Positions 36,697 through 46,734 of a DNA stretch of 64,000 nt are shown in pieces. The position numbers were made by a program, and so were the translations under genes. The first letter of the stretch is position 1. Every line of letters begins with the position of its first letter. This DNA is from Vulcanimicrobiales bacterium (GTDB lineage Bacteria; Vulcanimicrobiota; Vulcanimicrobiia; Vulcanimicrobiales; Vulcanimicrobiaceae), in NCBI GenBank assembly GCA_038231455.1, contig JBBRLI010000001.1, positions 352,001 through 416,000 on the forward strand. The letters are read 5' to 3'. The notes below the pieces were generated by a model. That model had not been told where the DNA came from, made no database searches, and saw nothing but the letters and a program-made list of their open reading frames with translations.

Positions 36697-39384
36697 GTGA
36701 TCACCAAGCGACCCGAGCGGCCGCCCAATGAGTCCCTCCGACTAGCGGCGCTCCACGCGTACGACATCCTCGAATCAGCGCGGGAATCGCGGTTCGATCG
36801 TATCGTCGCCCTCGCAGCGAGCTATTTCCGTGTCCCGATGGCAGCGATTACCTTGGTCGATGACAACCGTCTTTGGGTGAAGGCGGCGTACGGCACCGAC
36901 ATCTCCGAGCTCGATCGGGATCTGGCGTTTTGCAATTATACGATCCTCGAGCGCCACGTGCATGTCGTCGATGATGCCCTCGCCGACGAGCGCTTTGCCT
37001 CAAACGATCTCGTCGCCGGCGGCGTGCGGTTCTATGCTGGGGCCCCACTGTTGACCCCGGACGGTTTTGCCATCGGCGCCTTGGCATTGCTCGACGTTAC
37101 GCCACGGGCATTCGATGAAACCGCGCGCCGCGCGCTCGAAGATTTCGCGACGATCGTCCTCGACGAATTGGAGCTTCGGCGAACGTACCTGCGCGAGCAT
37201 CGCGACGGCGGACGTCTGCGCTCGATTCTCTCCGCCTCGCCGCTGGCGATCTACACCTGCGATATGACCGGGCGCGTGCTGACGTGGAACCCGGGAGCCG
37301 AAGCGATGTATGGGTGGGCGGCAGCGGAGATCATCGGCAAACAGCTGCCAATCCTGGACGATCGCAATCCCGAGCACCTCGCAACGCGGGCGCGCATCAT
37401 TTCGGGGGAATTGCTGCACAGCTTTCGTGCATGCGGCAGGATGCGCCGCGACGGGACGACGATCGACCTCAATCTCTCGAGCGCGCCGATCCGCGACGAA
37501 AACGATGCCATCACAAGCGTCGTCATCATCGCAGAAGACATCACCGAACGGATGCGCACCGAGCGCCGCGACCATCACCGCAGCCGCGTCCTCGAACTCG
37601 CCGCGACCGGCGCACCACGGCGCGAGGCCCTCGATGAAATTATTGCGATGGTCGAAGAGCAATTTCGGGGATCGATCGCGAGCATCTCGCTTACGGACGG
37701 CGACCGATTGCAGTTTGCCGCTGCCGGCCCGGCCATGCCGCCGAGCTATGCCGACGCCGTAAATGCGATCGTGATCGGTCGCGATTGCGTTCCGTGCGCG
37801 GTAGCGGCCTCCGAAAAAACGACGATCGTCGCCTACGACCTGCTCGGCGAACCGCGCTGGGAGCCGTGCCGCGAGAGCGCCCGAGATTTGGGCATCCGCT
37901 GCACGTGGTCGGAACCCATCGTTGACCGCGATGACACGGTGATCGGAACGATCGCGCTTCATTTTAGCAAGCCCGCCCATCCGCGCGAAGAAGATCTGCG
38001 CGAACTCGCGGACGCCGCAAACCTCAGCGAGATCGTCCTCGAGCGATACAGCGATCGCGACAATCTCGAATTGCTGGCGCTTTACGATAGTCTCACGTCG
38101 CTGCCCAATCGCGTTCTCTTTACGAACCGGCTTCGCCAGTCACTTCAAATCGCCGAGCGTGTGGGGCATCCGATTGCCGTCGGCATGATCGATCTCGACC
38201 GTTTCAAAGTCGTCAACGATACCTACGGTCACCGCATCGGTGATGACGTGCTCGTGCGCGTCGCGGCGTTGCTCTCGAGCGTGTTGCGCCCCGGCGACAC
38301 GCTCGCTCGACGCGGAGGTGACGAATTCTTATTACTCCTTCCCGACATCCGTTCGTCCGCAGCGGCGCAAGAGATCGGCGATCGTTTGCGGGATGCGATG
38401 CGAGCCGAGCTTGGCGTCGAAACCCTCGATATCTTCATGCGCGCGTCGATCGGGATCGCGTTGATCGATCCGATGAAAGCGATTGGCTCGATCGACGAGG
38501 TGATCGATCGTGGCTTGCAAGAGGCCGACCTTGCGATGTATGAAGCAAAGAAGCGCGGCGATTCGATCGTTGTCTACACGCCGGATATCGGATCACCGAA
38601 AAACTATACGCTCGAGCCGATGCTCGTTCGGGCACGAACGCTCGGCGAACTCGTGCTCCACTACCAACCGCAGATCGATTCGCGCACGGGGACGCTTGTC
38701 GGATGCGAGGCGCTTCTACGATGGGATAACCCGCGACTCGGTCTGCTCTATCCCGGCGACTTTCTCAACTTGGCCGAAGACACCGGACTCATCGTTCCGA
38801 TCGGTGCGACCGTCCTCGAGGACGCCTGCATTGAAGCGGCGCGCTGGCATGGCGCCGGCGAGCGCATTAGCGTCTCGGTCAATCTCTCACCGCGCCAGTT
38901 TGAAACAGACGAACTCTTCGATGTGGTACGCGGGGCACTCGAGCGCTCGGGACTCGTTCCGGAATTCCTGGAACTCGAAATCAGCGAGAAGCTGGTCGTG
39001 GGAGCAAACGACCGCGCAAGCCACCTCTTGCGACGTCTCAAAGATCTCGGTGTTCGTCTGAGCATCGACGACTTTGGAACCGGCTACTCGAACCTCGCCT
39101 CTCTGCACGAGTTCAACCTCGACGCACTCAAGATCGACAAGAGTTTCGTCGATCGCATCGCAGGAGACATCTCCGACCGAACGCGAGCGATTGAGATCAT
39201 CCGAACGATCGCATCGCTCGCGCGGACGCTTGGCATGAGCACCATCGCCGAAGGCGTCGAAACGCTCGAACAGCGCGACATCCTCCAGTCGGTCGACTGC
39301 CCGATCATGCAAGGATATCTGTGGTCGCCGGCGCTTAGCGCGAGCGCCTTCAACGCTTGGCGTCAGTCCTTCGCGCGGGCGTAA
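36697..39384 (+). CDS. GAF-PAS-GAF-GGDEF-EAL diguanylate cyclase/phosphodiesterase
   Basis: RFYAGAPL (GAF), WNPGAE.MYGW (PAS), D.LT.LPNR, GGDEF, EALLRW, DDFGTGYS, AEGVET. Confidence 0.94.
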   Translation: MITKRPERPPNESLRLAALHAYDILESARESRFDRIVALAASYFRVPMAAITLVDDNRLWVKAAYGTDISELDRDLAFCNYTILERHVHVVDDALADERFASNDLVAGGVRFYAGAPLLTPDGFAIGALALLDVTPRAFDETARRALEDFATIVLDELELRRTYLREHRDGGRLRSILSASPLAIYTCDMTGRVLTWNPGAEAMYGWAAAEIIGKQLPILDDRNPEHLATRARIISGELLHSFRACGRMRRDGTTIDLNLSSAPIRDENDAITSVVIIAEDITERMRTERRDHHRSRVLELAATGAPRREALDEIIAMVEEQFRGSIASISLTDGDRLQFAAAGPAMPPSYADAVNAIVIGRDCVPCAVAASEKTTIVAYDLLGEPRWEPCRESARDLGIRCTWSEPIVDRDDTVIGTIALHFSKPAHPREEDLRELADAANLSEIVLERYSDRDNLELLALYDSLTSLPNRVLFTNRLRQSLQIAERVGHPIAVGMIDLDRFKVVNDTYGHRIGDDVLVRVAALLSSVLRPGDTLARRGGDEFLLLLPDIRSSAAAQEIGDRLRDAMRAELGVETLDIFMRASIGIALIDPMKAIGSIDEVIDRGLQEADLAMYEAKKRGDSIVVYTPDIGSPKNYTLEPMLVRARTLGELVLHYQPQIDSRTGTLVGCEALLRWDNPRLGLLYPGDFLNLAEDTGLIVPIGATVLEDACIEAARWHGAGERISVSVNLSPRQFETDELFDVVRGALERSGLVPEFLELEISEKLVVGANDRASHLLRRLKDLGVRLSIDDFGTGYSNLASLHEFNLDALKIDKSFVDRIAGDISDRTRAIEIIRTIASLARTLGMSTIAEGVETLEQRDILQSVDCPIMQGYLWSPALSASAFNAWRQSFARA

Positions 39385-39455
39385 GCGAGTTTACCAGCGC
39401 GCTGGCTAGTACGGCGATGAGCTAACTGCCGACTCCGAGCTCTCCGATGAATTCG

Positions 39456-40793
39456 CTATCCCAAACCGGAAACCGTCATCTCGGCGACGCGGAACGACGG
39501 CGAGACAATCGAGCTATCGAAGCGCAGGTCGTTTGCCACACGATCGATCGCCGCGAGCATGTCGATGAAGTTCCCAGCGATGGTAAAGCCGTCAACGGGG
39601 CCTGCAAGCGCACCATTCTCAATGAGCAGACCGCGCGCGCCGCGGCTGTAGCCGCCGCTTGCATTTTCCGTCGCGAAGCCGATCGTATCGAGAACGAGAA
39701 TCCCGCGCGGCGTCGCGGCGATGAGTTCTTCGAGCGACCCGTTTCCCGCGCGAAGATACAGATTGTTCACGCCGATCGCGCCGCCGCCACCCGCGTTGCC
39801 GGTGCTCGCAGCGCCAAGTTTGCGCCCGTAATACGTATCGTACAGATACGTCGTAAGAACACCCGCATCGAACACCGTCGTCGTCCGTGTGGCGACGCCT
39901 TCGGCATCGAACGGTGAGGTGCCGAGTCCACCGACAAGACGGCCGTCATCCACGATCGTCACGAGGTCCGAACCGATTTTTTCTCCGACCTTGCCGACGA
40001 GGTACGAATTCCCCACCGCAACGTTCGATGCAGAGAACGCATTGAACAAATCGCCGAGCACGCTTGCAGCAACGTCCCGTTCGAACACGATCGGCATCGT
40101 CTGCGTTGGCGGCGTACTCGCGCCGCACATCGCGATCGCCCGGCGCACGGCTTCGCTTGCGACAAACTCGGTCGAGTCGAGACTCGCATACGAACGGCCG
40201 CCGGTTCCATAATACGAGATACGCTTGTGTTCGCCATCGCGCGCGACGGGGCTCGTTCCAAGCGAAGCGGATGTCGAGCGGAACGTGCCGCGGAAGCCGC
40301 GCGAATTGGCAAGCGCGGTTTCTCCCGAGCCGTCACCGATGCGCGAGCCGTTCGAATTGTCGATTCGCGCATCACCCGCGCGGATGCGCCGCTCGAGGTC
40401 GAGGATGTCGGCGACCTTCGCATCGGCCGTCCGCGCGCTCACATCGTCCGATGCGATCTTTAGCGGCAGTGCATCGAGATCGGTTGCGAACGCCTCGGGC
40501 AATCCACCAAATTCGTCTTCTGCAACGAATCGCGCCGCCTCGACCGCCCGTGCGCAAAGTTCCCGAATTCCCGCGGTCGTAAGATCGCTCGTCCCGAGTT
40601 GGGCGCGGCGCGTTCCGACAAAGACCCGCACCGAGAGCGAGCGCGAGCGCGACTGTTCGAGCTTCGTGATGGTCGCGTCGCGCGCTTCGGCGGAAAAACG
40701 GTCGGCAATCGATGCGGTTGCCTCGGCGTCGGTCGCTCCGGCCGCGATCGCGGCTTCAACCGCGGCGACGGCGAACGTAAGACTATCCGACAC
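39456..40793 (-). CDS. pmbA: PmbA/TldE protease subunit
   Basis: ANSRGF, PFDAEG, STGNAG, TIAGN, SPS; no HExxH; follows tldD. Confidence 0.9.
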   Translation of the reverse strand: MSDSLTFAVAAVEAAIAAGATDAEATASIADRFSAEARDATITKLEQSRSRSLSVRVFVGTRRAQLGTSDLTTAGIRELCARAVEAARFVAEDEFGGLPEAFATDLDALPLKIASDDVSARTADAKVADILDLERRIRAGDARIDNSNGSRIGDGSGETALANSRGFRGTFRSTSASLGTSPVARDGEHKRISYYGTGGRSYASLDSTEFVASEAVRRAIAMCGASTPPTQTMPIVFERDVAASVLGDLFNAFSASNVAVGNSYLVGKVGEKIGSDLVTIVDDGRLVGGLGTSPFDAEGVATRTTTVFDAGVLTTYLYDTYYGRKLGAASTGNAGGGGAIGVNNLYLRAGNGSLEELIAATPRGILVLDTIGFATENASGGYSRGARGLLIENGALAGPVDGFTIAGNFIDMLAAIDRVANDLRFDSSIVSPSFRVAEMTVSGLG

Positions 40794-42183
40794 GCGAACC
40801 TCCAACGATGCAGCTCGAAAGTTTGACCGTCGGCATGCCCACGCCGACGGGGACGTACTGCCCGCCTTTGCCGCAGGTATACGAACGATTGGCCAAGCGC
40901 GCGTCGTTGCCGACCATCGTCACTTTGGTCATGGCTTCCGGGCCGTTACCGATCAGCGTTGCACCGCGAATCGGCGCCGTGATCTTGCCGCCTTCGATCA
41001 AGTACCCTTCGGCGACCATGAAGACGAAATCGCCTTTGCTGATCTCGACTTGCCCACCGGCAAACGATGTCGCGTACACGCCGCGATCGACCGATGCGAT
41101 GATCTCTTCGAACGTCGAGTCACCTGCGGGCATATGCGTGTTGCACATCCGCGGCTGCGGCATCACGCGAAACGACTGGCGGCGTCCGCTGCCGGTCGAG
41201 GGAACGCCCATCAGCGTGCCGTTGAGATGATCTTGCATGTACCCGCGCAAGATGCCGCGCTCGACGAGCACCTTGTGTTGGCCGGGCGTGCCTTCATCGT
41301 CGACCGCCAGCGAACCGCGTTCGCCGTGCAAATTACCGTCATCGTAGATCGTGACGAGATCGCTTGCGACGCGTTCACCGACGCGACCGCTATAGAGTGA
41401 GGTGCCGTGGCGGTTGAAATCGGATTCGAGGCCGTGCCCGACCGCCTCGTGCAAGAGCACGCCGCCGCCGCCACCGCCGACGACGACGGGCATTTCACCG
41501 GCCGGCGCTTCGCGTGCATCGAGATTCGTTGCAGCGATACGGCCCGATCGCTGGGCGATCGACTCCGGCGTCGTCGTGAGGAAGAAATCGATGCCGGTCC
41601 GTCCGCCGTCGCCATAGTATCCGTTCGCGCGGCGACCTTCGTGCGTGCCGAGAGCCTGCACGCCGAGCGTCATGAGCGGACGGCGATCGTACACCAGTCG
41701 CCCATCGCTTGCCGCGATCTGCACTTCTTGCAGCTCGCTTGCGAACGAGACGTTGACCGCATCGATACGGGCGTCAATCGCGCGCGCAGCCGTGTCGGCG
41801 CGATGCAGATAGTCGACGATGATTGCCGCGTCGATCGGGGCTTCATCGAAACGATCGTACATCGCCGGCACCGTGCGCGCGACGATCGCGATGCTCCGCG
41901 CCGGGGCGTTCGGATCATCGGCGATGAGCGCCGCGACGTCGGCCGCGGAGGCAAGCGATTCCGGCGAGAGATCGTCGCTGTGCGCGTATCCCGAGCGCTC
42001 GCCGCTGATCACACGGATCCCCGCGCCCATCGTCATCCCAACGGAGGCTTCGTGGATTTTACCGTCTTGCAAACGGAAGCTCTGCGAGCGTTTCCGTTCG
42101 AAAAAGATATCCGCATAATCGCCGCCGCGGCGTAATGCGCGCGCGAGCAGAGACTCTAAGAGTGCGGGATCAAGGCCGGTCAT
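40783..42183 (-). CDS. tldD: TldD metalloprotease
   Basis: GGDYADIF, LLHEAVGHGLE.DFN, DDEG, STGSGRRQS, PRM.NT, CGKGGQ..PVGVG.PT. Confidence 0.94.
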   Translation of the reverse strand: MTGLDPALLESLLARALRRGGDYADIFFERKRSQSFRLQDGKIHEASVGMTMGAGIRVISGERSGYAHSDDLSPESLASAADVAALIADDPNAPARSIAIVARTVPAMYDRFDEAPIDAAIIVDYLHRADTAARAIDARIDAVNVSFASELQEVQIAASDGRLVYDRRPLMTLGVQALGTHEGRRANGYYGDGGRTGIDFFLTTTPESIAQRSGRIAATNLDAREAPAGEMPVVVGGGGGGVLLHEAVGHGLESDFNRHGTSLYSGRVGERVASDLVTIYDDGNLHGERGSLAVDDEGTPGQHKVLVERGILRGYMQDHLNGTLMGVPSTGSGRRQSFRVMPQPRMCNTHMPAGDSTFEEIIASVDRGVYATSFAGGQVEISKGDFVFMVAEGYLIEGGKITAPIRGATLIGNGPEAMTKVTMVGNDARLANRSYTCGKGGQYVPVGVGMPTVKLSSCIVGGSRVG

Positions 42184-42193
42184 GGCTGCTTCC

Positions 42194-43648
42194 TCATGAT
42201 GCCGCGAGTGCATCGAGACTGCGGTCGATTCCATTTTCGATCGCTTCGGTTTCGGGGTTGGCCGCGTTGACGATGACGGCAAAGGCGACGCGCCCATGGT
42301 GATCGGTACTCACGTACCCAACGAGCGCGTTGACGCCCGCGATGTGTCCGCTCTTGGCGCGCACCCGACCTAAGGCTTTGGAAAGGCGACGGTAGCGGAC
42401 CGTTCCCTCAATTCCCGCACGCGGCAGGCCGCGAAGCAAATCGCCCGCGATCGCTTCGTGCTGAACGCGTGCGAGGAGCAGTGCGAAGGTGATCGGCGCG
42501 ACGCGATTCGTCGGCGCAAGGCCGCTGCCATCGACAACATGCAGTCCGCTCGTATCGACGGCATCGCGAGCGAGCATCGCGCGTTCCACGAGCGCGCCGC
42601 TCGCTTCGGTCGCGCTTCCGCGTTCGGCGCCGATCGTGCGCAGCAACTGTTCGGCGTAATGATTGTCGGAGGTCACGAGCATGCGCGCGATCAGGTCACG
42701 TAAGGGCGCGGAACGATGCAGCCACAGCGCGTGCGCGGCGAGCGGGGCGACGCCGACGCGGATGTCCGGCGCCGTTTCGATCCCGCGTGCGCGCAGCATG
42801 GAATGCAAAACGCGGCCCGCATACGCCGGCAAATCGACGACGGGGCGGTAGAACGTTTGCTCTGCGCCCACGTTGATTCTGCCGTCGATCGTAAATGCAT
42901 TACGTTTGGGATCGCGTTCGATCGTGAGCGAGGTTCCATAACCGGTGAGCGCGTGTCCGCTCACGCTTACGGCGTCGCCCGCCGGTTCGACTTTGACGCG
43001 CGCTGCCGCACCGGGACTAGTCGGTTGCAGCGTGATTGCAACGGTGCCCTCGTCGAGGGAGAGCGCGCTTGTCCCAGCGGCGTATCCGTACTGGAGATCG
43101 TCCGGGTCCCATTCGGGATTAATCTCGCGCTCTGCGAACGCACTCGCATCCACGATCGTGCGACCCAGCACGCGCACGATTCCGGCGCGCGCAAGCGCTC
43201 CGGCACCGCCGCGCAAATCGTCGCTTGTGAGTGATGGATCGCCGCTGCCGACGAAATACAGATCCTCGATCGAACCGTCGCGCGGCGCGCCGCTCGAGAG
43301 AAGCTCCGTCGGAAAACGAAACGAAGCCCCGAGCGTTTCAAGCGAGGCCGCGGCAACGAGCGTTTTGAGGGTGGACGCGGGAACGAACGCCGTGCGCTCG
43401 TGTCGACCGTAGAGCAACGTCCCGTCGGATGCGACGATTGCAACGCCGGCTCCAGCAAGCGGCGCTGCCGTCTGCGCGAGCCGTTCGCGCAGCGCGCGGC
43501 GGTCGCGTTCGGACCACACCGGGCTTGGGCGCGCGTTCGATCGTGGAATCGCCGCGACGAATGGCGCGACCGTGCGCGGCGGATCGGCCCGACGAGCGCA
43601 TGCAGCGACGACCACGCAGGCAAGCGCCGTGGCAAAGAGGCGCCTCAC
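42194..43648 (-). CDS. dacB: D-alanyl-D-alanine carboxypeptidase/endopeptidase (PBP4, peptidase S13)
   Basis: PASTLK (SxxK), GSGDP, SDN, DGSGL, AKSG; lipobox-like VAAC. Confidence 0.92.
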   Translation of the reverse strand: MRRLFATALACVVVAACARRADPPRTVAPFVAAIPRSNARPSPVWSERDRRALRERLAQTAAPLAGAGVAIVASDGTLLYGRHERTAFVPASTLKTLVAAASLETLGASFRFPTELLSSGAPRDGSIEDLYFVGSGDPSLTSDDLRGGAGALARAGIVRVLGRTIVDASAFAEREINPEWDPDDLQYGYAAGTSALSLDEGTVAITLQPTSPGAAARVKVEPAGDAVSVSGHALTGYGTSLTIERDPKRNAFTIDGRINVGAEQTFYRPVVDLPAYAGRVLHSMLRARGIETAPDIRVGVAPLAAHALWLHRSAPLRDLIARMLVTSDNHYAEQLLRTIGAERGSATEASGALVERAMLARDAVDTSGLHVVDGSGLAPTNRVAPITFALLLARVQHEAIAGDLLRGLPRAGIEGTVRYRRLSKALGRVRAKSGHIAGVNALVGYVSTDHHGRVAFAVIVNAANPETEAIENGIDRSLDALAAS

Positions 43649-46149
43649 TTGGTCGTAAGTTCGTCGATACGGGCCCGCATCGCTTGCACTTCTTCACGCA
43701 ACGTTCCGAGTTCCGTGCGCATGCGACTCACTTCGGCCGGGACCGTCTGCGCTTCACGAACGCGAATCGCCGCCTCAGCGGCATCGCGCTTGAGCCGACC
43801 GTCGATCTCCGTTTGTGCTGCACGGTCCAGCGCGCCGAGCAGACGTGCATCACCCAGCGCTTCAGCAGCCGAGATCGTTGAGTAGCGAATGAAGTAGGCC
43901 GGATCGTCGAAGAGCGGCGCGAGCGCATCGACGATCCGCGCGCGTTCGCTCTCGACGAGCGCTCCGGCGCGGGCGAGCGCTTTGATCGCCGCGCGCCGGT
44001 GCGGCTCGGCATGCACCGCACGCGTCGCATCGATGAGCGGCGTGAGGGCACTCGGCTCGGCAAGCTCCGCAAGTCCGCGTAGCGCTCCCGCGCTGATGGT
44101 CGAAAGCCACGACGCGAGGGCGCAACCGGCAACCAGGGCGTCGAACGCGCGCGGATCGCGCGTCTTTCCAAGCGACTCGTAGGCAGCCGCGACAACGAAG
44201 TATGAGGCGTCAGCTCGCATCGCAAGCAACGCATCGGCGACCTCTGTGCCGCGATAATTGCCGAGTGCCGCGGCGATCGCACGTCGAACTTTGGGATGCG
44301 TGTGGCTCGTATTCGCGATGAGTGCCGCTCGAGCCGCGGGTGCGTGCATCGAACCAAGGACGGTCGCCACTTCGGCGGCGACGCCCCAGAACGGTTCGTC
44401 GCGCAGTGCGGCCGCGAGGGTTTCACGCGCAACGCGCGCGCCGTCTTTGCCCAACGCCTCGGCCGCGCGAATGCGCGCAGACGGATCGGGATCGCCGGTA
44501 AGGATCGTCGCGAGCATGTCGGCGGAGAACGTGTACGTCACCTCGGCCAAGATGTAGGCGCCGGGGTCGAACCGCACGAACGCGGGTTCGCTCTGGCACG
44601 GAATCACGAAGGATTCCAGGGCGCGCGACACATGAATTCGCGAGCGCGTCTCCGTCGGCAACGGTCCCTCACCGAAGTTCGGCGTGAAGCCGGTCGATTT
44701 CGTTGCAACCACGCCCACCGTTACATCAAAGACGTAAGCTGGTGTCTGCTCGTCGATTGTCTGCTTTTGCGCGATATCGAGCACGAGCAGCTTCTTCTCG
44801 GCATCGTACTTCGAGGAGATCGAGAGCTGCGGATGGCCGCCACGGTCGATCCACTGCGCGAAGAACTGGCGCAAATTACGTCCGGTCGTATATTCGATTG
44901 CACGAACGAGGTCGATCGTCTCGACGCTCAGCGTCGCGTTGTCCTCAACGTAACGGCGCAGCGACCGTTGCATACGCTCCCAACCAAGTTCCCCTCGCAG
45001 CATGTGCAACACCGCGCCGCCCTTTTGATAGAGATGCGCATCGAAGAGTTCGATCGGATCGCGGTACTGGTTGCACACGATCGGCCGGCGATAGCGGTCG
45101 CCGTCTTCGTGCACGTAGTCCGCGACCAAACCGTGGATATCGTAGCAGTACTCGTCCCATCCGAGATCCGCTTCTTTGAATACCGCCTCGAAGTAGGTCG
45201 CGAAACCTTCGTTGAGCCAGCCTTGGGACCAGTCGCGGCAGGTGAGCAGATCGCCGAACCACTGGTGTGCGAGTTCGTGCGAGACGAGCGGCTCGCTTGC
45301 AAAATCGAGATGCGCGCGTTCGTCGTGCAGCGTGCGATCCGTTTGCGTCGTCGCGCCGGTATTTTCCATGCCCCCGAATATAAAGTCGGAGACGGCGATC
45401 TGCGAATAGCGCTCGTACGGATACGGCACGCCGATCACGCGCTCGAAGGTCTCGATCATCTTTGCCGTTTTTCCGAACGACCGTTCACCTTCGGCCTCAC
45501 GTCCGGGATGCACGTAATACCACAGCGGGACGCTGGCCTGCTGTTCGACCTCGGCGAACGGGCCTGCGACCATCGTCATCAGATATGTCGCGTGCGGGAT
45601 CCGCTGTTCGTAGCGAAAGATCGTCGTTGCGCCTTCGTCATGCCGCTCGACGAGCGCGCCGTTGCCAAGTGCAAAGAGCCCCTTGGGCACCACGATCGTC
45701 GTCGAGGTCGTCTGCTTTTCCGAAGGATAGTCGACGCACGGAAACCAGAATCGCGCGTCCGAGTCTTGGCTCTGCGTCCACACGTGCTGCGGTTCGTCGA
45801 TGAAGTACAGTCCGCGTCGCGGCTGCTCGACCCGATAAGCGACGACGATCGTCGCCGATTCGCGCGCCGCGAGCGGCGCAGCGAACGTCACCACGAGCGC
45901 TTCGCTCGTCGAACGGTAGGCGAGCGTCTTGCCGGTCTCATCGCGCACGCCCTCGATCGTAAGATCGACCGCGTCGAACCGCAGTTCGCGCACGCCCGCG
46001 TCGATCGCCTCGACGGTCGTCGTGCAGACGCCGGCGAGGGTCTTGCGCTCCAAGTCCGGTGTCACATGCAGATCGATGTGGAGAATGTCAACGGATTTAT
46101 CGGGCCCGTATTGCGGGCGCGAACCGGGAAGCGGAAACGAACGACTCAC
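43645..46149 (-). CDS. pepN: M1 family aminopeptidase with C-terminal HEAT repeats
   Basis: WFPC.D, GGMEN, HELAHQWFG...WLNEG, YQKG; HEAT-like repeats and coiled-coil tail. Confidence 0.92.
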   Translation of the reverse strand: MSRSFPLPGSRPQYGPDKSVDILHIDLHVTPDLERKTLAGVCTTTVEAIDAGVRELRFDAVDLTIEGVRDETGKTLAYRSTSEALVVTFAAPLAARESATIVVAYRVEQPRRGLYFIDEPQHVWTQSQDSDARFWFPCVDYPSEKQTTSTTIVVPKGLFALGNGALVERHDEGATTIFRYEQRIPHATYLMTMVAGPFAEVEQQASVPLWYYVHPGREAEGERSFGKTAKMIETFERVIGVPYPYERYSQIAVSDFIFGGMENTGATTQTDRTLHDERAHLDFASEPLVSHELAHQWFGDLLTCRDWSQGWLNEGFATYFEAVFKEADLGWDEYCYDIHGLVADYVHEDGDRYRRPIVCNQYRDPIELFDAHLYQKGGAVLHMLRGELGWERMQRSLRRYVEDNATLSVETIDLVRAIEYTTGRNLRQFFAQWIDRGGHPQLSISSKYDAEKKLLVLDIAQKQTIDEQTPAYVFDVTVGVVATKSTGFTPNFGEGPLPTETRSRIHVSRALESFVIPCQSEPAFVRFDPGAYILAEVTYTFSADMLATILTGDPDPSARIRAAEALGKDGARVARETLAAALRDEPFWGVAAEVATVLGSMHAPAARAALIANTSHTHPKVRRAIAAALGNYRGTEVADALLAMRADASYFVVAAAYESLGKTRDPRAFDALVAGCALASWLSTISAGALRGLAELAEPSALTPLIDATRAVHAEPHRRAAIKALARAGALVESERARIVDALAPLFDDPAYFIRYSTISAAEALGDARLLGALDRAAQTEIDGRLKRDAAEAAIRVREAQTVPAEVSRMRTELGTLREEVQAMRARIDELTTK

Positions 46150-46191
46150 GGCCGTCGATTTGCCGATGCCGCCGGGCGATTCCCCTTACTT

Positions 46192-46734
46192 CTAAATACC
46201 GGCACCATCAGAAAAGAGCGGCGGTTCGGCCGCGACGCTCGCGACGAACGCCATCCGCTCCAAGATCGCGATCCAGGCAGCGTCCGGAACGTGGTCGCGC
46301 AGGCGACGCGCGGGTCGCGAGGTCCGCAGCGCGTCTTGCGGCTGCATGCGGAAGCCGTAACGCCGGTTGGCCATCATTTTCTCAAATGCCGGGCTGCCGT
46401 ACTCGATCAGCCCCACCTCACGCGGCAATTCCCAGCGTTGCACGATGCCAGCCGCACACACGATGCTAAAATGCGTGCAGTACGCAAGATATTTTTCCCA
46501 TTTGGAATCGCGCAGAAAATCAGCGCGCGAGGCCTTGATCTCGTAGATCCGGACTTGGCGCGTGTAACGGCCAAGACCGATCACATCGAACCGGCAGCCG
46601 CTGCCGTTAGGCGAGAACTCCGTTGCAACGTACGGATAGCCAACATCGGACATCCGCTGGCTTGCGAGCAGCCGCAGCTCCGCCGTCGTCCGCTTTGCGC
46701 CGGCCGTGACCGTGAGCGGAATGTAGTCGATCAT
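46192..46734 (-). CDS. mmcB: MmcB family PD-(D/E)XK putative DNA repair endonuclease
   Basis: RFDV.GL...YEIKASRADFLRD.KW..Y...C..F and LP..VGLI. Confidence 0.75.
   Translation of the reverse strand: MIDYIPLTVTAGAKRTTAELRLLASQRMSDVGYPYVATEFSPNGSGCRFDVIGLGRYTRQVRIYEIKASRADFLRDSKWEKYLAYCTHFSIVCAAGIVQRWELPREVGLIEYGSPAFEKMMANRRYGFRMQPQDALRTSRPARRLRDHVPDAAWIAILERMAFVASVAAEPPLFSDGAGI

Noticed and set aside
39385-39455. Small RNA or terminator between the GGDEF-EAL gene and pmbA
   Set aside because: Only a short palindrome (CCAGCGCGCTGG) with no U-tract or recognisable family
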